64,000 nt of DNA from Bacteroidales bacterium (GTDB lineage: Bacteria; Bacteroidota; Bacteroidia; Bacteroidales; UBA10428): positions 52 to 64,051 of the forward strand of contig JAFGKY010000004.1 in NCBI GenBank assembly GCA_016928305.1, written 5' to 3'. This document shows positions 39,680 through 48,817 of the stretch, piece after piece. The notes beneath the pieces are model-generated. The model had not been told where the DNA came from. It worked only from the letters and a program-made list of their open reading frames with translations, and ran no database searches. Within the stretch, counting starts at the first letter, position 1. Each line of letters opens with the position of its first letter. A program made the position numbers and the translations under genes.

Positions 39680-41173
39680 ATGAAGAATCTTTTAATACTG
39701 TTAATGCTAATTCCGTTAGTGATCATTGCCCGTTCTGAAAGTACATACAATAAGGACTTTGATCTTATTGCTGATATACCGGAACAGAATGATGAACGAT
39801 TTATACCCGTGCCGGACGATATTGAACCTGACACAACCGGTATGAGTATTATGACTTCTGTGGAATTGTCTGAGAAAATGGTCCCGGGATGGAATGTCGG
39901 CAACTGCCTTGAAGCAACACCCGGAGGTGAAACCTCATGGGGTAATCCATTAATTTCACAGGTTCTCATTGATTCCGTGAAAGCAGCCGGTTTTAAAGCC
40001 ATTCGCATCCCGGTGGCGTGGAGTAAATTCTCGGATACGTCAACTTATACGATTAAAACTGAACTGCTGGAAAGGGTTAAAGAGGTAATTGACTATGTGT
40101 TGAATGACAGTATGTATGCCATCATTAATTGTCACTGGGATGGCGGTTGGATGCAACCAACCTATGCTATGCAGGATTATGTGAATTACCGTTTAGCTGT
40201 AATGTGGGAGCAGATAGCCATGTATTTCCGTGATTATGACCATCGCCTTTTATTTGCAGGTACAAATGAGGTAACGGTCGAAGGCTATTATGGACCACCA
40301 AACACGGAATATGCCGCCGTTCAAAATAGTTTTAACCAGACCTTTGTTACGACGGTCAGGTCGACTGGCGGACGAAATGTATATCGTTACCTGGTTGTGC
40401 AGGGATTTAACACAAATATCAATTACACGATCAGTACTTTCTTGATCCCTGAGGATATTATTGAAAACAGGCTTATGGTTGAGGTTCATTATTACGATCC
40501 CTATAATTTTGCTTTGAATTCCGCTAGTAATATCACACAATGGGGAATGTATGCCACGGATCCCTTAAAAACAGAAACCTGGGCCAATGAAGCCTATGCG
40601 GATAACCAGTTCTTAAAAATGAAAACCAATTATGTCGATAAGGGCTATGCTGTTATCCTGGGTGAATACGGTGCCATATCGCGTTTGAGCCTGGGCAGTG
40701 ATGAACTCAATAACGACCATGCCGAATACAGAAAATATTATATCGGATATATTACCGCATCCATTATAAGCCGGGGATTGGTCCCCTTTTATTGGGATAA
40801 CGGTTATACGGGAGACCATGCATTTGGTCTTTTTAACCGGGCGACAGGAGCCCGGGTATACCGTGATATCATAAATGCGATCATGGTTGCTGCTGATTCA
40901 AGTGAAGTAATTACCGATGTATCAGATGATATAGTCAATTCAGAGATGCTGAAATTATATCCAAATCCGGCAAAGGGAGAACTCAACCTTGAACTGTATA
41001 TTACCGACGGTAAATATTGTCAGTTGTACGATGTGAATGGTCAAATAATCAGGGTTTTCAGTGTAAGCAGAGGCATTAACCGCTATGATATTCATAACCT
41101 GAAAGCCGGCCTGTATTTCGTAAGGATATCAACTCCAACAGGAATCCTTATGACAAAATTCCTGAAACAATAA
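39680..41173 (+). CDS. GH5 endoglucanase/xyloglucanase-like enzyme with T9SS C-terminal domain
   Basis: GWNVGN, IRIPVAW, NE acid/base, HYYDP, GEYG nucleophile, WDNG; YPNP...GLYF CTD; signal peptide from ATG 39680. Confidence 0.9.
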   Translation: MKNLLILLMLIPLVIIARSESTYNKDFDLIADIPEQNDERFIPVPDDIEPDTTGMSIMTSVELSEKMVPGWNVGNCLEATPGGETSWGNPLISQVLIDSVKAAGFKAIRIPVAWSKFSDTSTYTIKTELLERVKEVIDYVLNDSMYAIINCHWDGGWMQPTYAMQDYVNYRLAVMWEQIAMYFRDYDHRLLFAGTNEVTVEGYYGPPNTEYAAVQNSFNQTFVTTVRSTGGRNVYRYLVVQGFNTNINYTISTFLIPEDIIENRLMVEVHYYDPYNFALNSASNITQWGMYATDPLKTETWANEAYADNQFLKMKTNYVDKGYAVILGEYGAISRLSLGSDELNNDHAEYRKYYIGYITASIISRGLVPFYWDNGYTGDHAFGLFNRATGARVYRDIINAIMVAADSSEVITDVSDDIVNSEMLKLYPNPAKGELNLELYITDGKYCQLYDVNGQIIRVFSVSRGINRYDIHNLKAGLYFVRISTPTGILMTKFLKQ

Positions 41174-41185
41174 CCAAATTATATT

Positions 41186-41239
41186 CTCCTCTCCTTCAGG
41201 AGAGGGGTCAGGCCTGCCTGCCGGCAGGCAGGGGTGAGG
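41186..41239. repeat. Nested REP-like palindromes between convergent genes; possible bidirectional terminator
   Basis: CTCCTCTCCTTCAGGAGAGGGGTCAGG[CCTGCCTGCCGGCAGGCAGG]GGTGAGG. Confidence 0.75.
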
Positions 41240-41240
41240 C

Positions 41241-43175
41241 TTACTCCACCGTTATCTTCACTATATAATTCTTGTTATGATTACCGGTTGTAACGGATAA
41301 TCTACCGATATATAACCCGGAACGTACCTGCGGACTCCATTTAAATTCATGAATTCCGGCCTTCAGCTGTCCCTGGCTGAGTGTCTGTATATGTTTACCG
41401 TCCACGGAATATATTTCCAGAAAAACAAGAGCATTTTGTTCCAGGTTGAATTGAAATGTTGCTGAAGTTTTAACCGGATTCGGATAAATTAACAAGGACG
41501 ATGTCAGCTGGTGCTCAGGAATGCTGTTTAGCAAATCGGTTACATACAGTAGTTCTATACCGTTGCCGGTTTTCAGGTTACGCGTATATTGTTTATTGGT
41601 GGCGTTATTCCAATGCTCATGGGTTCCCATGCTTGACAATGCCAATCCGTCATTTTCCGGGTCATAGGTGATGCCATTTGGCCAGTTTGTCGGATCAGCA
41701 GCCTGATGCAGGTAGTCGTCCGTTCCTTCAAATCGAGGGTAAGGCCCTTTATCTTCATCGGCCGGAGAACCTTCGGTCGGGTGGGCTTCGTCGAATTCTT
41801 CATAAAGGAAATCATAGCATACCGATTCTATGGCAACCGGATCGAGCGAGAGGAATAATGAATTGGGCCAATCGCCATTGAATGGTGCCATGCGCCATTT
41901 GATGGGCGGGTGTCCCCAGTTGACTGAACTCCAGAGGCCATCGACAAGATGAAGAATGGTTTTTCCTCCGAGATCCTTATGTCCCATGATATCAACGAAA
42001 CAGCGGTATGCGCCATAATTGCCATTAACAGCTTCTCCCGATGCCTGCGGACAAGGTAAGGAATAATGAAGATGCTCGGCTCCACTGGTGCTCTTGGTGT
42101 AAGCACCTATAGAACCAAAATGATTCTTACAGCTAATTGAGATGCCTGCACGATGATGCTTTTTGAAGACCGGGAGATTGATCAGGTAAGCTGCATCGAG
42201 ATATGCCTGAGGCAGTGCATCTTCAAAATGATTTTCTCCGGGGTCACTGGAAATAAGTACCATATCCACAGACGGTTCAGCCAGAACACGACCCTCTCCC
42301 CATCCCCAGTAAACCACATTGGGAAAAGCATCATGCAAATGGTTGTATGTGACATCATTCAGTGAACAGTTGGGATCACCAATAGAGATATTGCTTTGCG
42401 CAACACCTACAACATTCACCAGTTGGTCAAGTACGGCAAGGGCAACCTGCGGAGAAGTATTGATAGCCGGATCGCCGCCCCATATGCCATTCATATTCAT
42501 TTTGATGGCGATCTTTTCACCCGCGGTATAACCCAAATCCCCTTTGTCGTGATTGTTGTTGTAGAAACGAAAAATGGCATCCCATGCAGCGGATTCTGAG
42601 GAGGTTCCTGTAAGTTGCTGTATTCCGGCAACAACCATGAGGTTAACTTCCGACTGCTTTGTATTGCCATCCATATACCAGAAATCATTATATGTATTTG
42701 TACAATTTTTATCCGTGGCATCCGGACTGTGTACCCATACTACTCTTCCGGGAAAAATACCTTTGGCAACACCAATGGGCTCGTTTGGTGTTTGTGGTTC
42801 CTGTAAAACAGCAGTTGCAGAAGCCGTCTGGTTGGTACTGATAATCGTCCATGCGCCGGCACCCAAACCCAGCATTAAGCACATGGCAGCCAGCAGATAT
42901 CTTGACTGATATATACGTTGCTGTGCTTTCCTGAAGAAGAATGTGATACCGGTAATGCCGATTATATAAGTAATAAATGAAGCCGCCAGCGGTGCTGTGG
43001 CTTTCATACAGGGGTAATACACACGACTTGGCTTGGGGATTACCCGGATGAGAAACCAGGCCGTTGATAACACTCCCAACAGGATGAAAATTACCCGTGA
43101 TGGAACATGCTGTGTCCTGAGAAATGAAAATATCCTTTCTTTCCATGTTGATTTCAAATCCCGAATGTTTTTCAT
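41241..43175 (-). CDS. DUF362-domain protein with T9SS CTD
   Basis: PGRVVW, KKH..AGISISCKNHFG, DPVAIESV; YPNP CTD. Confidence 0.78.
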   Translation of the reverse strand: MKNIRDLKSTWKERIFSFLRTQHVPSRVIFILLGVLSTAWFLIRVIPKPSRVYYPCMKATAPLAASFITYIIGITGITFFFRKAQQRIYQSRYLLAAMCLMLGLGAGAWTIISTNQTASATAVLQEPQTPNEPIGVAKGIFPGRVVWVHSPDATDKNCTNTYNDFWYMDGNTKQSEVNLMVVAGIQQLTGTSSESAAWDAIFRFYNNNHDKGDLGYTAGEKIAIKMNMNGIWGGDPAINTSPQVALAVLDQLVNVVGVAQSNISIGDPNCSLNDVTYNHLHDAFPNVVYWGWGEGRVLAEPSVDMVLISSDPGENHFEDALPQAYLDAAYLINLPVFKKHHRAGISISCKNHFGSIGAYTKSTSGAEHLHYSLPCPQASGEAVNGNYGAYRCFVDIMGHKDLGGKTILHLVDGLWSSVNWGHPPIKWRMAPFNGDWPNSLFLSLDPVAIESVCYDFLYEEFDEAHPTEGSPADEDKGPYPRFEGTDDYLHQAADPTNWPNGITYDPENDGLALSSMGTHEHWNNATNKQYTRNLKTGNGIELLYVTDLLNSIPEHQLTSSLLIYPNPVKTSATFQFNLEQNALVFLEIYSVDGKHIQTLSQGQLKAGIHEFKWSPQVRSGLYIGRLSVTTGNHNKNYIVKITVE

Positions 43176-43227
43176 TTATAATATCTTTTAATGATTTTTA
43201 TTGCAATAAAATCCCTCATTAATAAAA

Positions 43228-46200
43228 CTACAGGATCGTAAACTTTATCTTTTTACTGAATGTCTCTCCTGTGACCTGCATAATATAAACCCCTGTCGGA
43301 TACTTTGCCTTGTCTGATATATCCATAATGAACCTGAAATCTTTTCCATAGTTATAAAAGTCAACAGGTGTAGCAATCAGTTGTCCGCTTATCGTATAAA
43401 TGTTTACACGGATCTGAGTTTTCTCCTGTCTGCCCTGCAGATAAATATAATCGTTAGCAGGGTTAGGATAGGCAACAATAAAATCAGCGATGGCTTCTGA
43501 CGCTGGTATGCTGCTGAACTCATCTTTGGTAGTAAAATTCCAATATTCCGACCAGGGCCCTTCACTACCGGCACGCGTGGCGGCAACACGCCAGAAATAC
43601 TGTTGTTTATTGTCCAACCCGCTTAAACTGTATGTAGTTGTATATATGTCTTCACCGACATGTGCAGGATTCACAAAATCTCCTGCCGTATCCACCTGGA
43701 GCATATAAGCGATAGCCCCCGACACAGGATTCCAGGTAAGCATAATGTCAGCTTCGATATCTGTTGAATTATTAGCCGGTGAAATCAAACCGGGTGCCCT
43801 CAATACAACCAATCCCGGAATATAGGAAAACAATTCGATACCGGCAGGAGTGGCTACCCAGATATTACCATTCATGTCTGACGTAATGTGATTAATGGTA
43901 TTGTTGATCAGCCCTTCCTCTTCGGTATAGTTATACCAGTCAGCACCTGTATGTACTGTTAAACCCTCTGTTGTCCCATACCAGATATTGTTATCCTTAT
44001 CAACGAATACAGCAACCACGTTGTTGTTTACCAGGCCCGAATCGGTTTTGTATTGTGTCCATCCTTCCTTGGTGATATGGGAATTATGCATGGCTGCCCC
44101 GTCATCGGTGCCGTACCATTGAGCCTCTCCTTTTACAGCTATGGCCTGAACGTTATCCGAATTTATATAGGACCAGGGCTGACCATACGCTGAAGCTCCC
44201 GTGAAACCATCTACTGCATCATAACTCATTCTGGCGATACCTTTGCCGGCTGTGCTGATGAATGCCTGTGAATCGATGTCGTATGATTCGATATCGGTAA
44301 TGGCATAATCCGATACTTTAAAATATTGATGATTGACATCCTTAAATGAGTCGATGGATGCCCATTGGTCCCCACGGAATACTGAGATGGCTGAGTCTGT
44401 CGCTATCCAGCGGTTATGACGAATATCCACGGCCACGTTGGAGACGTTGTTGCCTGCAATGCTTGAATTATCCTTATGGTATGTTGTAGCTGAAGTTATA
44501 CCATCTAAATTGTAGGAGGCAACGGTGAGACCGCTGTCGGTTGCCATCCAAAGTTCGGTACCATAGGCGGTGCGTTCATAAGCTATGTCCTTGATATTTC
44601 CATTCAGTAAAACAACATCACCGTTTGCCAGTGTGTCATTTTTAACAAATACGGTCCATGTGCTGTCATCATACCGCGCAAGTCCCTCATGGGTGCCAAT
44701 CCATTTTACATTGGAAGAATCCACGTAGATGACATTCACATTATTGTCCGGAAGATCACTGTTCTCAGCAGTAAGGGTTGATGAAATGATAATTTTTTCG
44801 CTGTCAACCAGCAGAAGTTCAATACCATTGCCTGTTTTGAGGTTACGGGAATACTGCTTGTTAAGGGGATCGTTCCAATGCTCTTTAACCCCAAGGCTTG
44901 GCAGTATGGAACCATCTCCTTCGGGGTCATAATTGATATTGTCAGGCCAGTACGAGGAATCGGCTGACTGGAAGAGGTAATCGTCAACACCCGATATGTA
45001 AGGGTATTTAATATTGGAAGCCTTGTTCTTGTATTCTTCAAGCAGGAAATCAAACCCTACTGATTCTATGGCAACCGGATCCTGAGACAGAAACAGAGAA
45101 TTGGGATAGTCGTTGCTAAATGGAGCCATTTGCCATTTTTCAACAATGCCTTCCCAGTTCCTGCCTGCCCATATACCGTCAACAATATAAAACAAGGTTT
45201 TTCCTCCCAGTTGCTCATGGCCTAAATAATCAACGGTATGCCTGTATTTACCGTATCCCTGACTGTTTGCAGGTAATGAGTAATGCATAAAATAGGCGTA
45301 TTGTTCACTCGGGGACTGGTTGGAGGCAATTATGGAACCCTGGTGATTTTTGGCTCCCATGGTAATACCTCCCTCATTATGGGTTTTCAGGCAGGACATA
45401 TTGATAAAGTAAGCCGCATTGACATATTCCTGAGGCAAGCGTGACTGATATTGTCCATCGCTGAATTTCATTAAAGCTTCACTGGTGGGGACTGTCTGTT
45501 CTCTTCCATTATATCCAAAACCGTCCATATAATGTACATCAGGGAACTCGGGATGCATCATATCCCAGTAAACATCATGAAATTTCCTGTAGGGGTCGCC
45601 CAGGTATATATCCGACTGTTGAACACCAACTACATTAACCAGCTGCCTGAGAATGGCCAGACAGAGCTGAGGTGTGGCATCCATGTGATCAAGCCAGCTG
45701 AGTTTCTCCGTCAGGTTTCTGTATCCTGAACTGCCGGATGTGGTAAGGTTAATTTTAATATAAATCTTCTCTCCGGCGGTATAACCGACAGAACCTTTGC
45801 CGTGGTTTTGATTATAGTATATAAAAACATCATTCCAGGCTTGTTCAATATCATTCTTCCCGGCCAGTTGTCTGATTCCTTTCGACAACATGCTTTCAAC
45901 CGTTGGCAGATCGGTATTCTGAAACCAGTAATCGCCTGCAGTATTCGTACAGGTAGAATCAGTGGCGTTACGATCATAAACCCATACAACCCTACCGGGA
46001 AATATTCCTTTGGCAATACCGATCGGATTATTGGGATCCTCTTGTATATTTACAATATTAGGTCGTGCAGATCCCGGAGTAAAAGGAATTGTCAGAAATC
46101 CTGAAAGTGCGGCACCAGCGAGAAAAAGTAACGCCATTGTATATTTTGACATGCGAAAATAATGCCTGAATTTCTTCACTGAGAAAAATGTAGCAGTTAT

Positions 46201-46425
46201 GCCCAGCAGGTATATTACAAATGCTGAGGCCAGCGGAGCGGTTGCCCGGACACAGGGATATGTGGCGCGGCTGGGTTTGGGGATAACCCTTATCAGGAAC
46301 CATATCAGGGAACCTAAACCTAAAAAAACAAATACTATGAAGGAAAATAAACGTGATCTTTCTTTACGCGTTTTGTTCAATATCCTGGAAAAATAAATCC
46401 TGCATTTCGTAAATAGATAATTCAT
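43228..46425 (-). CDS. DUF362-domain protein with beta-propeller, Fn3-like domain and T9SS CTD
   Basis: KTH..GGITMGAKNHQG, DPVAIESV; WIGT/WYGT propeller repeats; YFWRV...GPWS; YPNP CTD. Confidence 0.78.
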   Translation of the reverse strand: MNYLFTKCRIYFSRILNKTRKERSRLFSFIVFVFLGLGSLIWFLIRVIPKPSRATYPCVRATAPLASAFVIYLLGITATFFSVKKFRHYFRMSKYTMALLFLAGAALSGFLTIPFTPGSARPNIVNIQEDPNNPIGIAKGIFPGRVVWVYDRNATDSTCTNTAGDYWFQNTDLPTVESMLSKGIRQLAGKNDIEQAWNDVFIYYNQNHGKGSVGYTAGEKIYIKINLTTSGSSGYRNLTEKLSWLDHMDATPQLCLAILRQLVNVVGVQQSDIYLGDPYRKFHDVYWDMMHPEFPDVHYMDGFGYNGREQTVPTSEALMKFSDGQYQSRLPQEYVNAAYFINMSCLKTHNEGGITMGAKNHQGSIIASNQSPSEQYAYFMHYSLPANSQGYGKYRHTVDYLGHEQLGGKTLFYIVDGIWAGRNWEGIVEKWQMAPFSNDYPNSLFLSQDPVAIESVGFDFLLEEYKNKASNIKYPYISGVDDYLFQSADSSYWPDNINYDPEGDGSILPSLGVKEHWNDPLNKQYSRNLKTGNGIELLLVDSEKIIISSTLTAENSDLPDNNVNVIYVDSSNVKWIGTHEGLARYDDSTWTVFVKNDTLANGDVVLLNGNIKDIAYERTAYGTELWMATDSGLTVASYNLDGITSATTYHKDNSSIAGNNVSNVAVDIRHNRWIATDSAISVFRGDQWASIDSFKDVNHQYFKVSDYAITDIESYDIDSQAFISTAGKGIARMSYDAVDGFTGASAYGQPWSYINSDNVQAIAVKGEAQWYGTDDGAAMHNSHITKEGWTQYKTDSGLVNNNVVAVFVDKDNNIWYGTTEGLTVHTGADWYNYTEEEGLINNTINHITSDMNGNIWVATPAGIELFSYIPGLVVLRAPGLISPANNSTDIEADIMLTWNPVSGAIAYMLQVDTAGDFVNPAHVGEDIYTTTYSLSGLDNKQQYFWRVAATRAGSEGPWSEYWNFTTKDEFSSIPASEAIADFIVAYPNPANDYIYLQGRQEKTQIRVNIYTISGQLIATPVDFYNYGKDFRFIMDISDKAKYPTGVYIMQVTGETFSKKIKFTIL

Positions 46426-46463
46426 GATATTGGTATGTTAATGATTGAATGATAATATATTTA

Positions 46464-48473
46464 TTACATAACCTCGATCTTTTTAAGATACTCTTGGGGT
46501 AAAGGGTATCCCTTAATGGATAATTTCAGTATACATATTCCTTTTTGATTTCCCGGGTACCATTCAATACTATGATCGCCTGCCTTCATCGGTTCATCCA
46601 GCAATGTTTGGATCCGTTTTCCATCCAGTGAATATGCTTCGAGTTTAACCGTAGTATTCTTATCAAGATGAAACCGGATGATGGCATGTGTCGTAACCGG
46701 ATTAGGGAATACTTCCAACGTATTATCGGGTGCATTTTCTTCAACTGCAGTTGCGCCTGTAAATATTTTGATCAGCTCGATCCCTTCTCCTGTAGCAAGG
46801 TTACGTGAATACTGCATATCAACCGTGTTGTTCCAGTGTTCATGAACACCGAGGCTGCTAATTGGTGTGCCGGAATTATCCGGATCATAAGTGATACCTT
46901 CGGGCCACCATTCAGAACTCGCGGCCTGGTGAAGATAATCATCGACTCCTTCCCATTGAACGAAGGTATAACGTGGAGGATTAGCACCCAGGTCTTCCTC
47001 CGTAAATTCTTTTTGCATAATATCGAGACAAACGGATTCAATGGCAACCGGATCAAGTGAGAACATAAGGGAGGAAGTCCAGTCGTTATTGAAAGGAGGT
47101 GTCTGATACTTTTGCGGTTTCTGGTGTTCATAGGAAGTTGACCACAAAGCATCCATATAATATAATAAAGTATTGCCACCTAAATATTTACATGCCATCA
47201 GATCTACGAAAACGCGGTATAGCCTGTAACCGGTCCGTACGGGACCGTTTTCGACTGTTCTCATCAGTCCCTCATGTAATCTCCAGGATCCTTCAGGGCA
47301 TGTATTGGATCCGAAATGATTCTTGGCAAAAAAGGTAACACCACCCCAACGATGCCCTTTCATGACAGGAACATTAAGCAAATAATCAGCATCCATCATG
47401 GCGGTAAAAAAGTAGTTGGTCTCCGTATCTTCACCCATGACCGTTCCTTTATCGGAGTATGTAATCCCTTTTACGGTGCTGGCTGTTATCTTTGTCCTGT
47501 TAGTGACGTTTCTTTTTGATGCATATTTAATATTGGGAAATTCTGCATAAAAATAATCGTACAGCGTATTCCAGATATCACACATCGGATCTCCAATATA
47601 TATATACTGCTGCGGAATACCGGCCTGATTCACCAGTTGTCTTAACAAAGCCATAATGGCTTGCGGAGAAGTATCGTATTCTATCTCCTTATATGAGGGC
47701 ATCTCACCATCGGGTTCAGCACCGCTCCATGCAGTTACAGCATTTATTTTAATGAACAGGGTTTCTCCGGAAACATATCCTGTATCTCCTTTACCATGAT
47801 TGATGTTGAAATACCTGAAAACAGCATCCCATGCTTCGGCATGAGTTTCTTTACCCGTCAGTGATTTGATACCATTTGAAAACATTTTGTCTACCACCGC
47901 CTGATCACAGTTCTTTGGCAGCCAATAGGCATCACTGTGACTCGAATTTGTGCAGTTTTTATTGGTTGCATCCGGATCGTAAATCCATACAACTCTTCCG
48001 GGATAAACTCCTTTGGGTGTACCAATGGGAACATTGGGTCCCAGGGGATCAACAAAAAGTCCGATGCCACTGCTGGTCATGGCTGCCGAAGGAACAGCCT
48101 GGTATATGAGCGTACCTGCGCTTATCATAATACCAATGAGCAGGAATAAAAACGCATATTTATACCGGTTATTCCGAAAATGTGTCAGCGCTTTTTTAAA
48201 TATCAATACGGATGCAGTCATCGTTACCAGCCAGGTGATAAACGAATAGGCCAGCGGCATAGCGACTTTCATACAGGGATAAGTGGCACGACTGGGCTTA
48301 GGTATTACCCTGACAAGGAACCAGAGAAGTGAAGTAGTTCCAACCGCCAGAAACGGGATAAATGAAAAAAAACCCGGTTTCCGAAAGGACGATGTCTTTC
48401 CTGTTTCTGGATCAAATTCGAAAAATCGCAACAATCGCTGACGAAATGCTTTTTTCATATTGTTTTGCATCAC
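46464..48473 (-). CDS. DUF362-domain protein with T9SS CTD
   Basis: KGH..GGVTFFAKNHFG, DPVAIESV; FPNP CTD. Confidence 0.78.
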   Translation of the reverse strand: MMQNNMKKAFRQRLLRFFEFDPETGKTSSFRKPGFFSFIPFLAVGTTSLLWFLVRVIPKPSRATYPCMKVAMPLAYSFITWLVTMTASVLIFKKALTHFRNNRYKYAFLFLLIGIMISAGTLIYQAVPSAAMTSSGIGLFVDPLGPNVPIGTPKGVYPGRVVWIYDPDATNKNCTNSSHSDAYWLPKNCDQAVVDKMFSNGIKSLTGKETHAEAWDAVFRYFNINHGKGDTGYVSGETLFIKINAVTAWSGAEPDGEMPSYKEIEYDTSPQAIMALLRQLVNQAGIPQQYIYIGDPMCDIWNTLYDYFYAEFPNIKYASKRNVTNRTKITASTVKGITYSDKGTVMGEDTETNYFFTAMMDADYLLNVPVMKGHRWGGVTFFAKNHFGSNTCPEGSWRLHEGLMRTVENGPVRTGYRLYRVFVDLMACKYLGGNTLLYYMDALWSTSYEHQKPQKYQTPPFNNDWTSSLMFSLDPVAIESVCLDIMQKEFTEEDLGANPPRYTFVQWEGVDDYLHQAASSEWWPEGITYDPDNSGTPISSLGVHEHWNNTVDMQYSRNLATGEGIELIKIFTGATAVEENAPDNTLEVFPNPVTTHAIIRFHLDKNTTVKLEAYSLDGKRIQTLLDEPMKAGDHSIEWYPGNQKGICILKLSIKGYPLPQEYLKKIEVM

Positions 48474-48817
48474 ACTGCTGAATTAACAATATAGTAACTC
48501 TTAATTCCAGTTTATGGAATAATACAATCAATTATCCTGACTATATCCCTGCTTAGTAATAGGTTAAACCGGTCTGGTAGGGGAGATGTAGTAGGCTTGT
48601 TTTTAAATATTTCAATGAAAAGCCTGAATACAGTTAAAAACAAATGCAAGATAGAGAAATTTCACGATATCCCATGAGGTAAATGCTGTTAGAATTAATA
48701 TAAATAATGCAAATAGGTTGGATTAATCTGTTGATAAAATAATCACGGAAGCTTTTTTCATTTCAATGCAATCTACCTGCCTGCTGATATAATTACCCTG
48801 TCAGGCGGATACGATTA

